Made by a program: the position numbers and the translations under genes
Shown: positions 16,497 through 23,445 of the stretch, in pieces
Numbering within the stretch: the stretch's first letter is position 1
Layout: each line of letters begins with the position of its first letter
Notes under the pieces: model-generated
What the model was told of the DNA's origin: nothing
The model's input: the letters and a program-made list of their open reading frames with translations, nothing else
Databases searched by the model: none
NCBI RefSeq assembly: GCF_000020025.1
Contig: NC_010628.1
Span: 6,990,001 to 7,022,000 of the forward strand
Direction of reading: 5' to 3'
Origin: Nostoc punctiforme PCC 73102
GTDB taxonomy: Bacteria; Cyanobacteriota; Cyanobacteriia; Cyanobacteriales; Nostocaceae
Length of the DNA: 32,000 nucleotides

Positions 16497-16861
16497 GCAC
16501 CAGATTCGGGGACTTTACAAAACTTTTTCGCACCCAGTTTAAACACGCAAATACTGAGTGCAGTTGCTATACCAGGAGGAATGCAAATACCAATAGCGAT
16601 CGCTTCTATCGCTGGAGCAAGCAATCCAGATTCCAAGGCTTCTCTAACTTCTTCCTGACAGAAAAATTGGCGGGATTTTTCCAACCAATCATCTAATCCT
16701 CTATCTGCTTCCTGTGCAGTTTCCCGCATAACCAGCAGTGGAACGGCATCGTCTAAATAACCTTCACACTCTTCGATAGTATCCAAAGCTACTAAAGCCT
16801 GGGGATTATCTGCCAATTCACGGCGAAATTGACTAATTTCCTCTGGTGTAACAGTAATCAT
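16493..16861 (-). CDS. Hypothetical acidic protein with a hydrophobic C-terminal segment (122 aa)
   Basis: The ORF is on the same strand as tniQ and 210 bp downstream of it. Its stop overlaps the CHAT gene stop by 4 nt. The C-terminal LLAPAIEAIAIGICIPPGIATALSICVF looks like a membrane helix. No family recognised. Confidence 0.4.
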   Translation of the reverse strand: MITVTPEEISQFRRELADNPQALVALDTIEECEGYLDDAVPLLVMRETAQEADRGLDDWLEKSRQFFCQEEVREALESGLLAPAIEAIAIGICIPPGIATALSICVFKLGAKKFCKVPESGA

Positions 16862-16970
16862 CTAGTTTTAACCAGTAAATAAATACACAAAAATCTTGAG
16901 TAATTATACATCTAACGCCGAATCCAGAGATGTGGTGCTGACACGATATCAATAGTAGAAGTAATTTTGG

Positions 16971-17002
16971 AGTGCGATGTCTACGACGGGCTACGCCTAC
17001 GC
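16971..17002 (+). repeat. Dispersed short repeat, copy 2 (AGTGCGATGTCTACGACGGGCTACGCCTACGC)
   Basis: It pairs with 12496-12528 in direct orientation. It sits in the 210-bp gap between tniQ and the 122-aa ORF. Confidence 0.5.
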
Positions 17003-17070
17003 CCATTTTCGACAACCAGAAAAATTCACCTAGATACTTGGTTAATTCACACATTTTTCTGGTGTTATCA

Positions 17071-17574
17071 TTAACTCTTCTGTTGCTTTGCCATTTCCGC
17101 AAACAGAGTCCTACATCTATGACAACACCCATCTTCCCACAGGGCAGGCATTTTAAAAGGTGCTTGACAATTTGGACACTTCGCTAAAATTTTGAGTTGA
17201 TGGCGATCGCACTTCCACACCGACTTATACTGCCACTCAATTCTGTGACAAGGCGCTTCAGCATAACAAGCCCCACACAAGCGAATTGGCTCATGCTGCA
17301 TTCCCACTCCAGCAGGTGGTAACATCTGGGCTAACCTTTGGGCATCCACTTCTACTACAGATGCGATCGCTTCCAACTCTTTTTGACTAGGGCGAGGGTT
17401 AAAATGAAATCTTTCCCACCGTGCCACTACAGCACCAATCCCAGCTAAACCACCCAACCCAGCAGGAGATAAATGGTTAGCACGTCTAAACCGACCTAGA
17501 AAATGACTTAGGCTTTCCCCTGGATAGGGTTCTATAATAAAAAGCCAAGGCTTAACATCTGGTGTTGTCATCAC
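17071..17574 (-). CDS. tniQ: TniQ, small type V-K CAST-type target selector
   Basis: 167 aa. DVKPWLFIIEPYPGESLSHFLGRFRRANHLS is the TniQ N-terminal motif. A Cys-rich zinc ribbon is present (CGACY...C..H, CPNCQ...CCHRC). The start overlaps the tnsC stop (ATGA). Length and sequence match my memory of ShCAST TniQ. Confidence 0.85.
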   Translation of the reverse strand: MMTTPDVKPWLFIIEPYPGESLSHFLGRFRRANHLSPAGLGGLAGIGAVVARWERFHFNPRPSQKELEAIASVVEVDAQRLAQMLPPAGVGMQHEPIRLCGACYAEAPCHRIEWQYKSVWKCDRHQLKILAKCPNCQAPFKMPALWEDGCCHRCRTLFAEMAKQQKS

Positions 17575-18401
17575 TTGTACTCTTTCGCCACTTCCTGTAA
17601 AACAGCCTTATCAATCTTCTTAAATCCCTTAGATAAAGAACGAATCGCTGTTTCCCTGAGAATCTCATCCAGGCGGCCAATGTAACCTTCAGTTGCTGAT
17701 GTGAGAATCCGCAGCATATCCTTGCTAGTTAAATTAGAAGAAACAGGCAGTTTCAAAACTCTATCTTCCCAGGCTTGCACAGTATCTTGAAAATCTTTCC
17801 CCGATAACTTGCCGAAGCGATGACAAGCCCGAAAGCGGTTATAGACTTGTTCATCTCGCTTGATTACTGCCTCCAAGCGGTCTGTTCCCACCAATACCAC
17901 AGCAATTCCTAACTTGTCATAAATATCTCGCACCTCAGCAAACGTCTCAGGTTTGAGGCGATCAGCTTCATCAATAATCAGCATTTCTACCCCACACCCC
18001 TTGAGTACCTCCATCGCCCTCCCACGAAAATCAGAAACAGTTCCCTTTGTTGCTCGAAACTTAAGATACTCAATCATCTCCTTGAATAAATCCTTAGAGC
18101 CGCATTTTTGCGGAGGCTGAATATAAACTACAGGCACAATCGGGGGTCGCCCAACTTCTTGCTGTGGCTTTTGCCTGTACCTATAGGCATCACAGGCAAC
18201 CGTCTTGCCAGTCCGTGATTCCCCAACGACTCGACAAGATTGCCGTGCTTTACGCTTGCCATCCAACCAATCATGGAGAGTTTTTACCTGCTGTAAAGGC
18301 ACAATACTCTTACCCTTGAGACGAGCAATTTCAGCTTGCAACCACTCATCATCTGGTTTTACCCCACCCAACTGCTTGGCGATCGCTTGAGCTTCTGTCA
18401 T
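17571..18401 (-). CDS. tnsC: TnsC AAA+ ATPase, Tn7-like and type V-K CAST-type
   Basis: 276 aa. Walker A is GESRTGKT and Walker B is LIIDEADRL. The N-terminus MTEAQAIAKQLGGVKPDDEWLQAEIARLKGK reads like ShCAST TnsC as I remember it. Confidence 0.9.
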   Translation of the reverse strand: MTEAQAIAKQLGGVKPDDEWLQAEIARLKGKSIVPLQQVKTLHDWLDGKRKARQSCRVVGESRTGKTVACDAYRYRQKPQQEVGRPPIVPVVYIQPPQKCGSKDLFKEMIEYLKFRATKGTVSDFRGRAMEVLKGCGVEMLIIDEADRLKPETFAEVRDIYDKLGIAVVLVGTDRLEAVIKRDEQVYNRFRACHRFGKLSGKDFQDTVQAWEDRVLKLPVSSNLTSKDMLRILTSATEGYIGRLDEILRETAIRSLSKGFKKIDKAVLQEVAKEYK

Positions 18402-18404
18402 TGT

Positions 18405-20159
18405 TTAAAACCCGTATTCTTCACGAAGTTGTTCATAGTCCCACACTTCCATGTCTTCGTATTGGGAGTGAACCGTTTCTGTAGATTCCACTTCATCTGG
18501 TTCAACTACTTGGGAAGACAAGGATTCAGTTTTACTTTCGTCAACCCCAGCAGATCGCAAAACCGCCTGTTCCAATTTTTGACGCTCCTTACGGCTTTTC
18601 TTGGTTGCGACAAGAGCATCGCGGTCAACAACTTCTTGCAATAATGATTGGTTACTGATAGTTTTGCCTGCGTTACGGAGTCTGCGACTTGCTGCCTCAG
18701 CCTCATCTAATGCCAGTTGCTCTGTCTCCAAACCTTGAGCGTGAGCGCGGGTGAGAAATACTTCCTGATTGTTTTCCTGGCGATAAACCAAAATTGTTGT
18801 AATGTCTCTGGGGTCAAATCTTAAGTTGACAGTTTCCCCTGCATAACCTGCCAGATATTCTCCTCGATACATCAAATTCTGGAACTGCAAGCAACCACCT
18901 CTTTGTACAGTACGCCGTGACTGCTTCATTAAACAGATATCCAAATCTCGTTCTGGTATTGGTACTGGTACTGTGGGCAATCCTGCTTCCCAACGCTCAA
19001 AGCGAGTTTGATCGCCCATCCGAGCATCAATACTTTGGTTGTAACGGTCAACGATATAGCGTATAAGTAGCTGTTCTAGTTCCCTTAGAGTGAGCCTTGC
19101 GTCTTTTTCCGCATCTTTTGGGCGTTCCTGCACATTAGATCCGGTGTACCCAGGAAGCGTTGAAAATAGTTGGTCATTCAATGTTTTGAAAGGACGTTCT
19201 ACTACTCCACCTTCAGAAGGGCGATCGCGTAAATGGCAGACAAATCCTAATTGCGCTCCAATCTGACTCAAGTGGTTAGAGCGAAAGTCTTTACCGCCAT
19301 CAGTATAAAAATGTTCTGGCTTACCATAGGTTCCCCACTCACAATGCAGTTTGTACTCGAAACCGTACTGTTTGGGTAGAATTGCATGGCGTAACGCTAA
19401 TGCTACTACCCCAGAACTAGGTGCATCAAAGCCCAAGTTGATACCCATAATGCAACGAGAGTAAGTATCAATTACTGTTGTTAGCCAGGGACGACTTAGT
19501 AATTCACCATGTTGATCCACGAGCAACACATCTACGCGGGTATGGTCACATTGCCAAACATGGTTACTGTAATCAACTGATAAATCTTTCCCTTCACGGG
19601 TTTTAACTGAAAGCGTAGTTCCTCTCCATCCAGGGCTACGAATACTCTTGGCTTTTTCTTGCTTTTCTAATATGGGCGCTAATACCCGTAACACGGTTTT
19701 GTAATTGGGTGGCTTAGAGTCCTTTAACTCACGGGCTTTAGCCTCGACTCTGAGAGCAACTTGTTTAGGGGTCATACGTTTACTACCCTTGTTACCCTCG
19801 TTGTAGGTTTTGGTAATGAATTTTTCCCAAAACTCACCAATGCGATGTTTTCCTTTATCAGCCCTACCTGTTTGAGTGAGTCCGACTAAGCCATCGTGTT
19901 CCCAGTTTTTCACCAACCTTTGTACCGTTCGTAACGATACACCTAGTTTCTCTGCTGCTTCCCGCAACTTTTGTCCATAGGTTGTGCGATCGCAGGGTTC
20001 TAGTAAACTTTGGATTACCTCTAGCTTGAGTTGGGCTTCCTCTGAGAGTTGTGTGGCAATTACATTCTTCTCAAGAGTTATATCGCTTTCTCCTAGTAAG
20101 CCTTCTATAGGAATTGCCGAGGGATGAACAGCTAAATCAGGATTTTGCTGACTGTTCAT
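18405..20159 (-). CDS. tnsB: TnsB DDE transposase (Mu/Tn7 family), type V-K CAST-type
   Basis: 584 aa. It has an N-terminal HTH (LRTVQRLVKNW) and an rve-type core with VWQCDHT and FYTDGGKDF. The N-terminus MNSQQNPDLAVHP and the length match my memory of ShCAST TnsB. Confidence 0.9.
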   Translation of the reverse strand: MNSQQNPDLAVHPSAIPIEGLLGESDITLEKNVIATQLSEEAQLKLEVIQSLLEPCDRTTYGQKLREAAEKLGVSLRTVQRLVKNWEHDGLVGLTQTGRADKGKHRIGEFWEKFITKTYNEGNKGSKRMTPKQVALRVEAKARELKDSKPPNYKTVLRVLAPILEKQEKAKSIRSPGWRGTTLSVKTREGKDLSVDYSNHVWQCDHTRVDVLLVDQHGELLSRPWLTTVIDTYSRCIMGINLGFDAPSSGVVALALRHAILPKQYGFEYKLHCEWGTYGKPEHFYTDGGKDFRSNHLSQIGAQLGFVCHLRDRPSEGGVVERPFKTLNDQLFSTLPGYTGSNVQERPKDAEKDARLTLRELEQLLIRYIVDRYNQSIDARMGDQTRFERWEAGLPTVPVPIPERDLDICLMKQSRRTVQRGGCLQFQNLMYRGEYLAGYAGETVNLRFDPRDITTILVYRQENNQEVFLTRAHAQGLETEQLALDEAEAASRRLRNAGKTISNQSLLQEVVDRDALVATKKSRKERQKLEQAVLRSAGVDESKTESLSSQVVEPDEVESTETVHSQYEDMEVWDYEQLREEYGF

Positions 20160-20208
20160 AATGCGAAGCTTTTTTATAAAAACATATTGTTATTCTACTT
20201 AAACAGAA

Positions 20209-20421
20209 AGCGACAGTCAATTTGTCATTATGAAAATACACAAAAGCTTTTTTATCTCTGATGAAGCGACAGCTAATTTGTCACTATTACCCAAAATGAC
20301 AGCTAATCTGTCACTGTCAAGATGTTATCCTAATACTACTAAAACGCTGTAACCTATACCGAGCAAGATTTTAATGGATGACATTAATTTGTCTCGACGA
20401 CATATAATTAGTCACTGTACA
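20209..20421 (-). mobile_element. Transposon left end with five TnsB-type binding repeats, terminating in TGTACA
   Basis: About 20-bp repeats of the form gacag(c/t)(t/c)aat(t/c)tgtcac lie at 20209-20230, 20265-20286, 20295-20316, 20378-20398 and 20395-20421. The minus strand reads TGTACAGTGACTAATTATATGTCGTCGAGACAAATTAATGTCATC from the terminus. This closely parallels the ShCAST left end as remembered. Confidence 0.8.
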
Positions 20422-20425
20422 TTTT

Positions 20426-20456
20426 TGTACAATGACAAATAATTAGTTAATGTACA
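20426..20456 (+). mobile_element. Second, oppositely oriented Tn7-like end remnant
   Basis: TGTACAATGACAAATAATTAGTTAATGTACA starts 4 bp (tttt) from the first terminus. Positions 20411-20436 form a near-perfect palindrome, gtcactgtaca-tttt-tgtacaatgac. I see only one or two degenerate binding repeats. Confidence 0.55.
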
Positions 20457-20506
20457 ATAATTTTTGCATACTTAAAAACAGTAAAGTTCGGTTAAGAGAA
20501 AATATT

Positions 20507-20575
20507 GAATACTTTGGTGATAAAGGATATCAAGGAATTCAGAAAGTTCATGCTAAAAGTAGGACATTTTTACTC
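20507..20575 (+). pseudogene. Fragment of a DDE transposase gene (IS4/IS5-like DKGYQG motif)
   Basis: It translates in frame to EYFGDKGYQGIQKVHAKSRTFLL with no start and no upstream ORF. The DKGYQG(I) motif is typical of IS5/HARBI-like DDE transposases. It is short, so this is only a remnant. Confidence 0.35.
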
Positions 20576-20682
20576 AGGTTGATTAAGCGGACACGATTTC
20601 AACTAAAAACCAATACGGTTTAGTTAGCCATAAAAACCTTAAGTTCTGTAGCGACTGTCTTAAAAGTCAAGCGATCGTTAAC

Positions 20683-20830
20683 AAAAAACCGGTACTCTTA
20701 ACATTGACGCAACTGTGGAACGCTGCGCTAGATTCTGCGGTGGCTGGTACGGGCAAAAAGACTTGTGGCTCTTGGTTAAGATGGTAGCAGCCCGCACCAG
20801 CCACTCCGCTTCGCCGCAGAATCTTCCCCC
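20683..20830 (-). ncRNA. Candidate IS-encoded structured RNA (bridge or seek RNA-like)
   Basis: In the minus sense, GAUUCUGCGG (plus-strand 20814-20823) pairs with CCGCAGAAUC (20731-20740). UGGCUGGU pairs with ACCAGCCA (20796-20803 with 20741-20748). GCGGGC pairs with GCCCGU, including one G-U pair that exists only in the minus sense. There is a 10-nt bulge and a 35-nt apical loop. A second hairpin lies at 20708-20727 and a U-run at 20683-20688. The extent and the 5' end are guesses. Confidence 0.3.
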
Positions 20831-20939
20831 AGTTGCTGGATTTCCCATGGAGATAAAAAAGAGCATAAAAAGTTGACCCAAATGCCACAATGGGATCATC
20901 GGGGGGACTATTCCAAAGTATAAAAACGTTGAGTTGTGA

Positions 20940-21902
20940 TTAAGCGTTGGCAATGGGTTGTAAGTTTTCAGTTACACGCCAAGGCAAATTATCTCGAACC
21001 ATTGCATTTAGAATAACTAACATTTTATGAACGCAAGCAGTGAGAGCTAATTTTTTCGATTTACCACGTTCGATAAGGCGCTCATAAAAGGCCTTGATAA
21101 CCGGATTATGAACCATAGCAACAACAGCACCCATATAAAGAGTGGCACGAACATGAGCGCGACCGCCATTAATCATGCGCTTACCTTTGTGTTGACCACT
21201 ATCATGATTAATTGGTGCAACACCAACTAAGCGAGAAATTTGTTTGGCAGTGAGTTGACCCAGTTCTGGTAAATCCGAAACCAGAGTTGTCGAAATTACT
21301 TGACCAATACCAGGAGTACTTTTAAGTAAATTAACTTTATCAATCCATTGAAGATTGTTTTGCGTCAATTCGGCAATTTTTTGATTGAGTTGTTTGAGGT
21401 GTTCTTCCAGGTATTCAATATGAGCCTCAATATCTGCCAAGGCTTGGCCACGAGTGAGTGAGCGGCGATTCTTTTCGGCTGTCTGCATCTCCACTAATTG
21501 TCGTCTGCGACTAATTAATTCCGATAATTGACGCGCCGTTTCGGATTGAATGGCTAAAACTTGGGGTTTCATCGCTTCGCCAAAATGTGCCAATATTTGT
21601 GCATCAATAGCATCAGTTTTGGCCAGCTTACCCGTAGCTTTAGCAAAATCTCGTCCTTGACGGGGATTAATTAATGCTACTGGTAAAAGTGCAGCTTGCA
21701 ATTGGATTACTAGTTCAGTTTCTAATCCTCCGGTTGCTTCTAGTACAATCAGATTTAAACTATAGGACAAGAGTAGCTTCACTAGATTTGATATTTCTGA
21801 TTCTGTATTTGCCACAATCATAGCTTTACCCAGAGGACGGATATAAACATCTAATGTGGCTTTACTCACATCAATACCTACCCATTGAGCAATATTTTCC
21901 AT
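20940..21902 (-). CDS. IS110-family transposase/recombinase (DEDD RuvC-like domain plus Tnp domain)
   Basis: 320 aa. Family signatures present are WVGIDVSKATLDV, VLEATGGLE, KTDAIDAQILA, LKSTPGIGQVISTTL, INHDSGQHKGKRMINGGRAHVRATLYM and FYERLIERGKSKKLALTAC. Confidence 0.9.
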   Translation of the reverse strand: MENIAQWVGIDVSKATLDVYIRPLGKAMIVANTESEISNLVKLLLSYSLNLIVLEATGGLETELVIQLQAALLPVALINPRQGRDFAKATGKLAKTDAIDAQILAHFGEAMKPQVLAIQSETARQLSELISRRRQLVEMQTAEKNRRSLTRGQALADIEAHIEYLEEHLKQLNQKIAELTQNNLQWIDKVNLLKSTPGIGQVISTTLVSDLPELGQLTAKQISRLVGVAPINHDSGQHKGKRMINGGRAHVRATLYMGAVVAMVHNPVIKAFYERLIERGKSKKLALTACVHKMLVILNAMVRDNLPWRVTENLQPIANA

Positions 21903-22124
21903 ATTTCACTCTCACGGATTGTGTTTGTTATAGTTGATTCTCATCCCCTTGATTACACTCATCCTTGCACGATACGGACTGTATCATCTAAATATCAGTA
22001 TTGAAATTTTTGCCCCTGGCGACTGTTCGAGTTCTGTCAAAGAGATTGTTGTAGTGACCCATGCTACAAAGCGGTCTTTCTTGACCAAGGTTGGGACGGT
22101 CTACTACTATTTCTAAGATACAAG

Positions 22125-22154
22125 GTTGGGTTGAGGAACGAAACCCAACATTTT
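22125..22154. repeat. Hairpin GTTGGGTT-n9-AACCCAAC followed by ATTTT
   Basis: A perfect 8-bp stem (22125-22132 with 22142-22149). The sequence resembles a hairpin repeat I recall as common in cyanobacterial genomes. It might act as a terminator downstream of pstS, but the T-run is on the plus strand only. Confidence 0.3.
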
Positions 22155-22232
22155 CATAGCTTTGTTTGGCTGCGCTTTGCTTCACCCAACCGACAATTTT
22201 TCTGAACTGAACCGTATTGAACTAAAAACTAG

Positions 22233-23327
22233 TTATTCTGCAATTCTGTTTGCAGCAGATTGTACTTGAAGCACAACTTTTTTAGATAAAGGAATATATC
22301 CGAGTTCCAAACTGGATTTTTGCCCTTCAATCAAAGCCCAATCAATAAATTTCCTCAGCGCTTCACCTTTGGCTAGGTTTGGATATTGCTGATAAGTTAA
22401 AAGCCAGCTATAAGTAACGATGGGATAAGACTGTGAACCTGTAGGATCGTTGATAAAAGCAATTAAGTTATCGGTAGGTAACTTCACTAACTCCAAGGTT
22501 TGAGCTACAGATTCTGGTGTGGGCGTAATATAATTACCAAATTTATTTTCCAAAGCAGCCACAGGAAGTTTATTTTGTTTGGCGTAGATGTATTCTACAT
22601 AGCCAATAGCTCCTGGGATCTGTTGAACTAAGGCAGTAACACCTTCGTTACCCTTTCCACCAATTCCTACTGGCCATGCTACAGCTTTACCTGCTGCAAC
22701 TTTGCTTTTCCATTCTGGACTTATAGCACTTAGATGTTGCGTCAACACACTTGTAGTTCCACTACCATCAGTGCGGTATACAACCTGAATCGGTAGATTG
22801 GGCAAATTTACGCCTGGATTAGCTACAGCTATTCTCGGATGATTCCAATTCGTAATTTTTCCGAGAAAGATATCTACATAAACTTGGCGTGATAGCTTTA
22901 AACCATTTGGCGGATTGACTGGAGGTGACTGGGGGGCGGACGCGAGGTTGTAAGCTAGCACTATGGAACCAGCAGTCATGGGTAAAGCAATCACTCCCCT
23001 TTTTATCTTAGTTGCTTGTTCATTTGTAATTCCCACATCACTAGCTGCAAAGTCTACAGTACCTTCAATCAGCTGTTGCACTCCAGCGCTGCTTCCTATA
23101 GCTTGATAGTTAATTTCCACATTGGGATTTTGCTGGTTGTAATCTGAAAGCCAGCGTTCGTACAAAGGCGCAGGAAAACTTGCCCCAGCACCAACAAGAG
23201 AAACACGATTGATTTTTTTATTATCGGCAGTACAAGAAACAATACTCAACAATATAGCGATTACGGGTAGTAGGCAAACCCGTCGTTTAAATTGAAGTTG
23301 AGCAGATATACAAAACTTTAGTTCCAA
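22233..23327 (-). CDS. pstS: Phosphate ABC transporter substrate-binding lipoprotein (PstS family)
   Basis: 364 aa. It has a signal peptide with a lipobox (LLSIVSC). GAGASFPAPLYERW...YQAIGSSAGVQQ...VDFAASD is the PstS/PBP signature. Confidence 0.85.
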   Translation of the reverse strand: MELKFCISAQLQFKRRVCLLPVIAILLSIVSCTADNKKINRVSLVGAGASFPAPLYERWLSDYNQQNPNVEINYQAIGSSAGVQQLIEGTVDFAASDVGITNEQATKIKRGVIALPMTAGSIVLAYNLASAPQSPPVNPPNGLKLSRQVYVDIFLGKITNWNHPRIAVANPGVNLPNLPIQVVYRTDGSGTTSVLTQHLSAISPEWKSKVAAGKAVAWPVGIGGKGNEGVTALVQQIPGAIGYVEYIYAKQNKLPVAALENKFGNYITPTPESVAQTLELVKLPTDNLIAFINDPTGSQSYPIVTYSWLLTYQQYPNLAKGEALRKFIDWALIEGQKSSLELGYIPLSKKVVLQVQSAANRIAE

Positions 23328-23445
23328 TGCTTAATAATTTTCCAATCTGTAGCTGTGTGGGCGTAATTAATTGTAAAACGAGGAAAATAAATTTGAAATA
23401 CAAAGGTACGCAAAGTTTTCAGTTATGCTATGCGTACCTTTACAT

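Larger units (their letters stand above)
20646..22026 (-). mobile_element. IS110/IS1111-family insertion sequence, about 1.37 kb; boundaries ambiguous by a few bp
   Basis: It contains the DEDD transposase gene. GCGACTGT occurs at 20651-20658 and 22019-22026. AGTTCTGT occurs at 20642-20649 and 22030-22037, in permuted order. The non-coding tail is about 285 nt on the 3' side of the CDS and about 120 nt on the 5' side. Confidence 0.6.

Noticed and set aside
16833-17187. ORFs 16833-17132 (minus) and 16972-17187 (plus) as possible cas12k remnants downstream of tniQ
   Set aside because: They are short, overlap tniQ or the dispersed GC-rich repeat, and show no RuvC-like or TnpB-like motif. They give no support for a degraded cas12k.
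20667-20953. ORFs 20667-20888 and 20678-20953 (minus) downstream of the IS110-family transposase gene
   Set aside because: They overlap each other and the strongly base-paired region, and they have no recognisable motifs. The region is better explained as structured non-coding RNA of the IS.
21934-22185. ORFs 21934-22116 (plus) and 21988-22185 (minus) between the IS and pstS
   Set aside because: They span the IS boundary and a common hairpin repeat (the peptide VGFRSSTQP comes from GTTGGGTTTCGTTCCTCAACCCAAC). There is no start context or motif, so they are most likely non-coding.
20421-22233. A search for a tRNA gene as the expected V-K CAST attachment site, including the TTCGAGT-containing stretch at about 22024-22038 and the hairpin at 22125-22149
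   Set aside because: Neither stretch has complementary T-arm stems or an acceptor stem. I could not build a cloverleaf by eye. The absence is not conclusive without tRNAscan.
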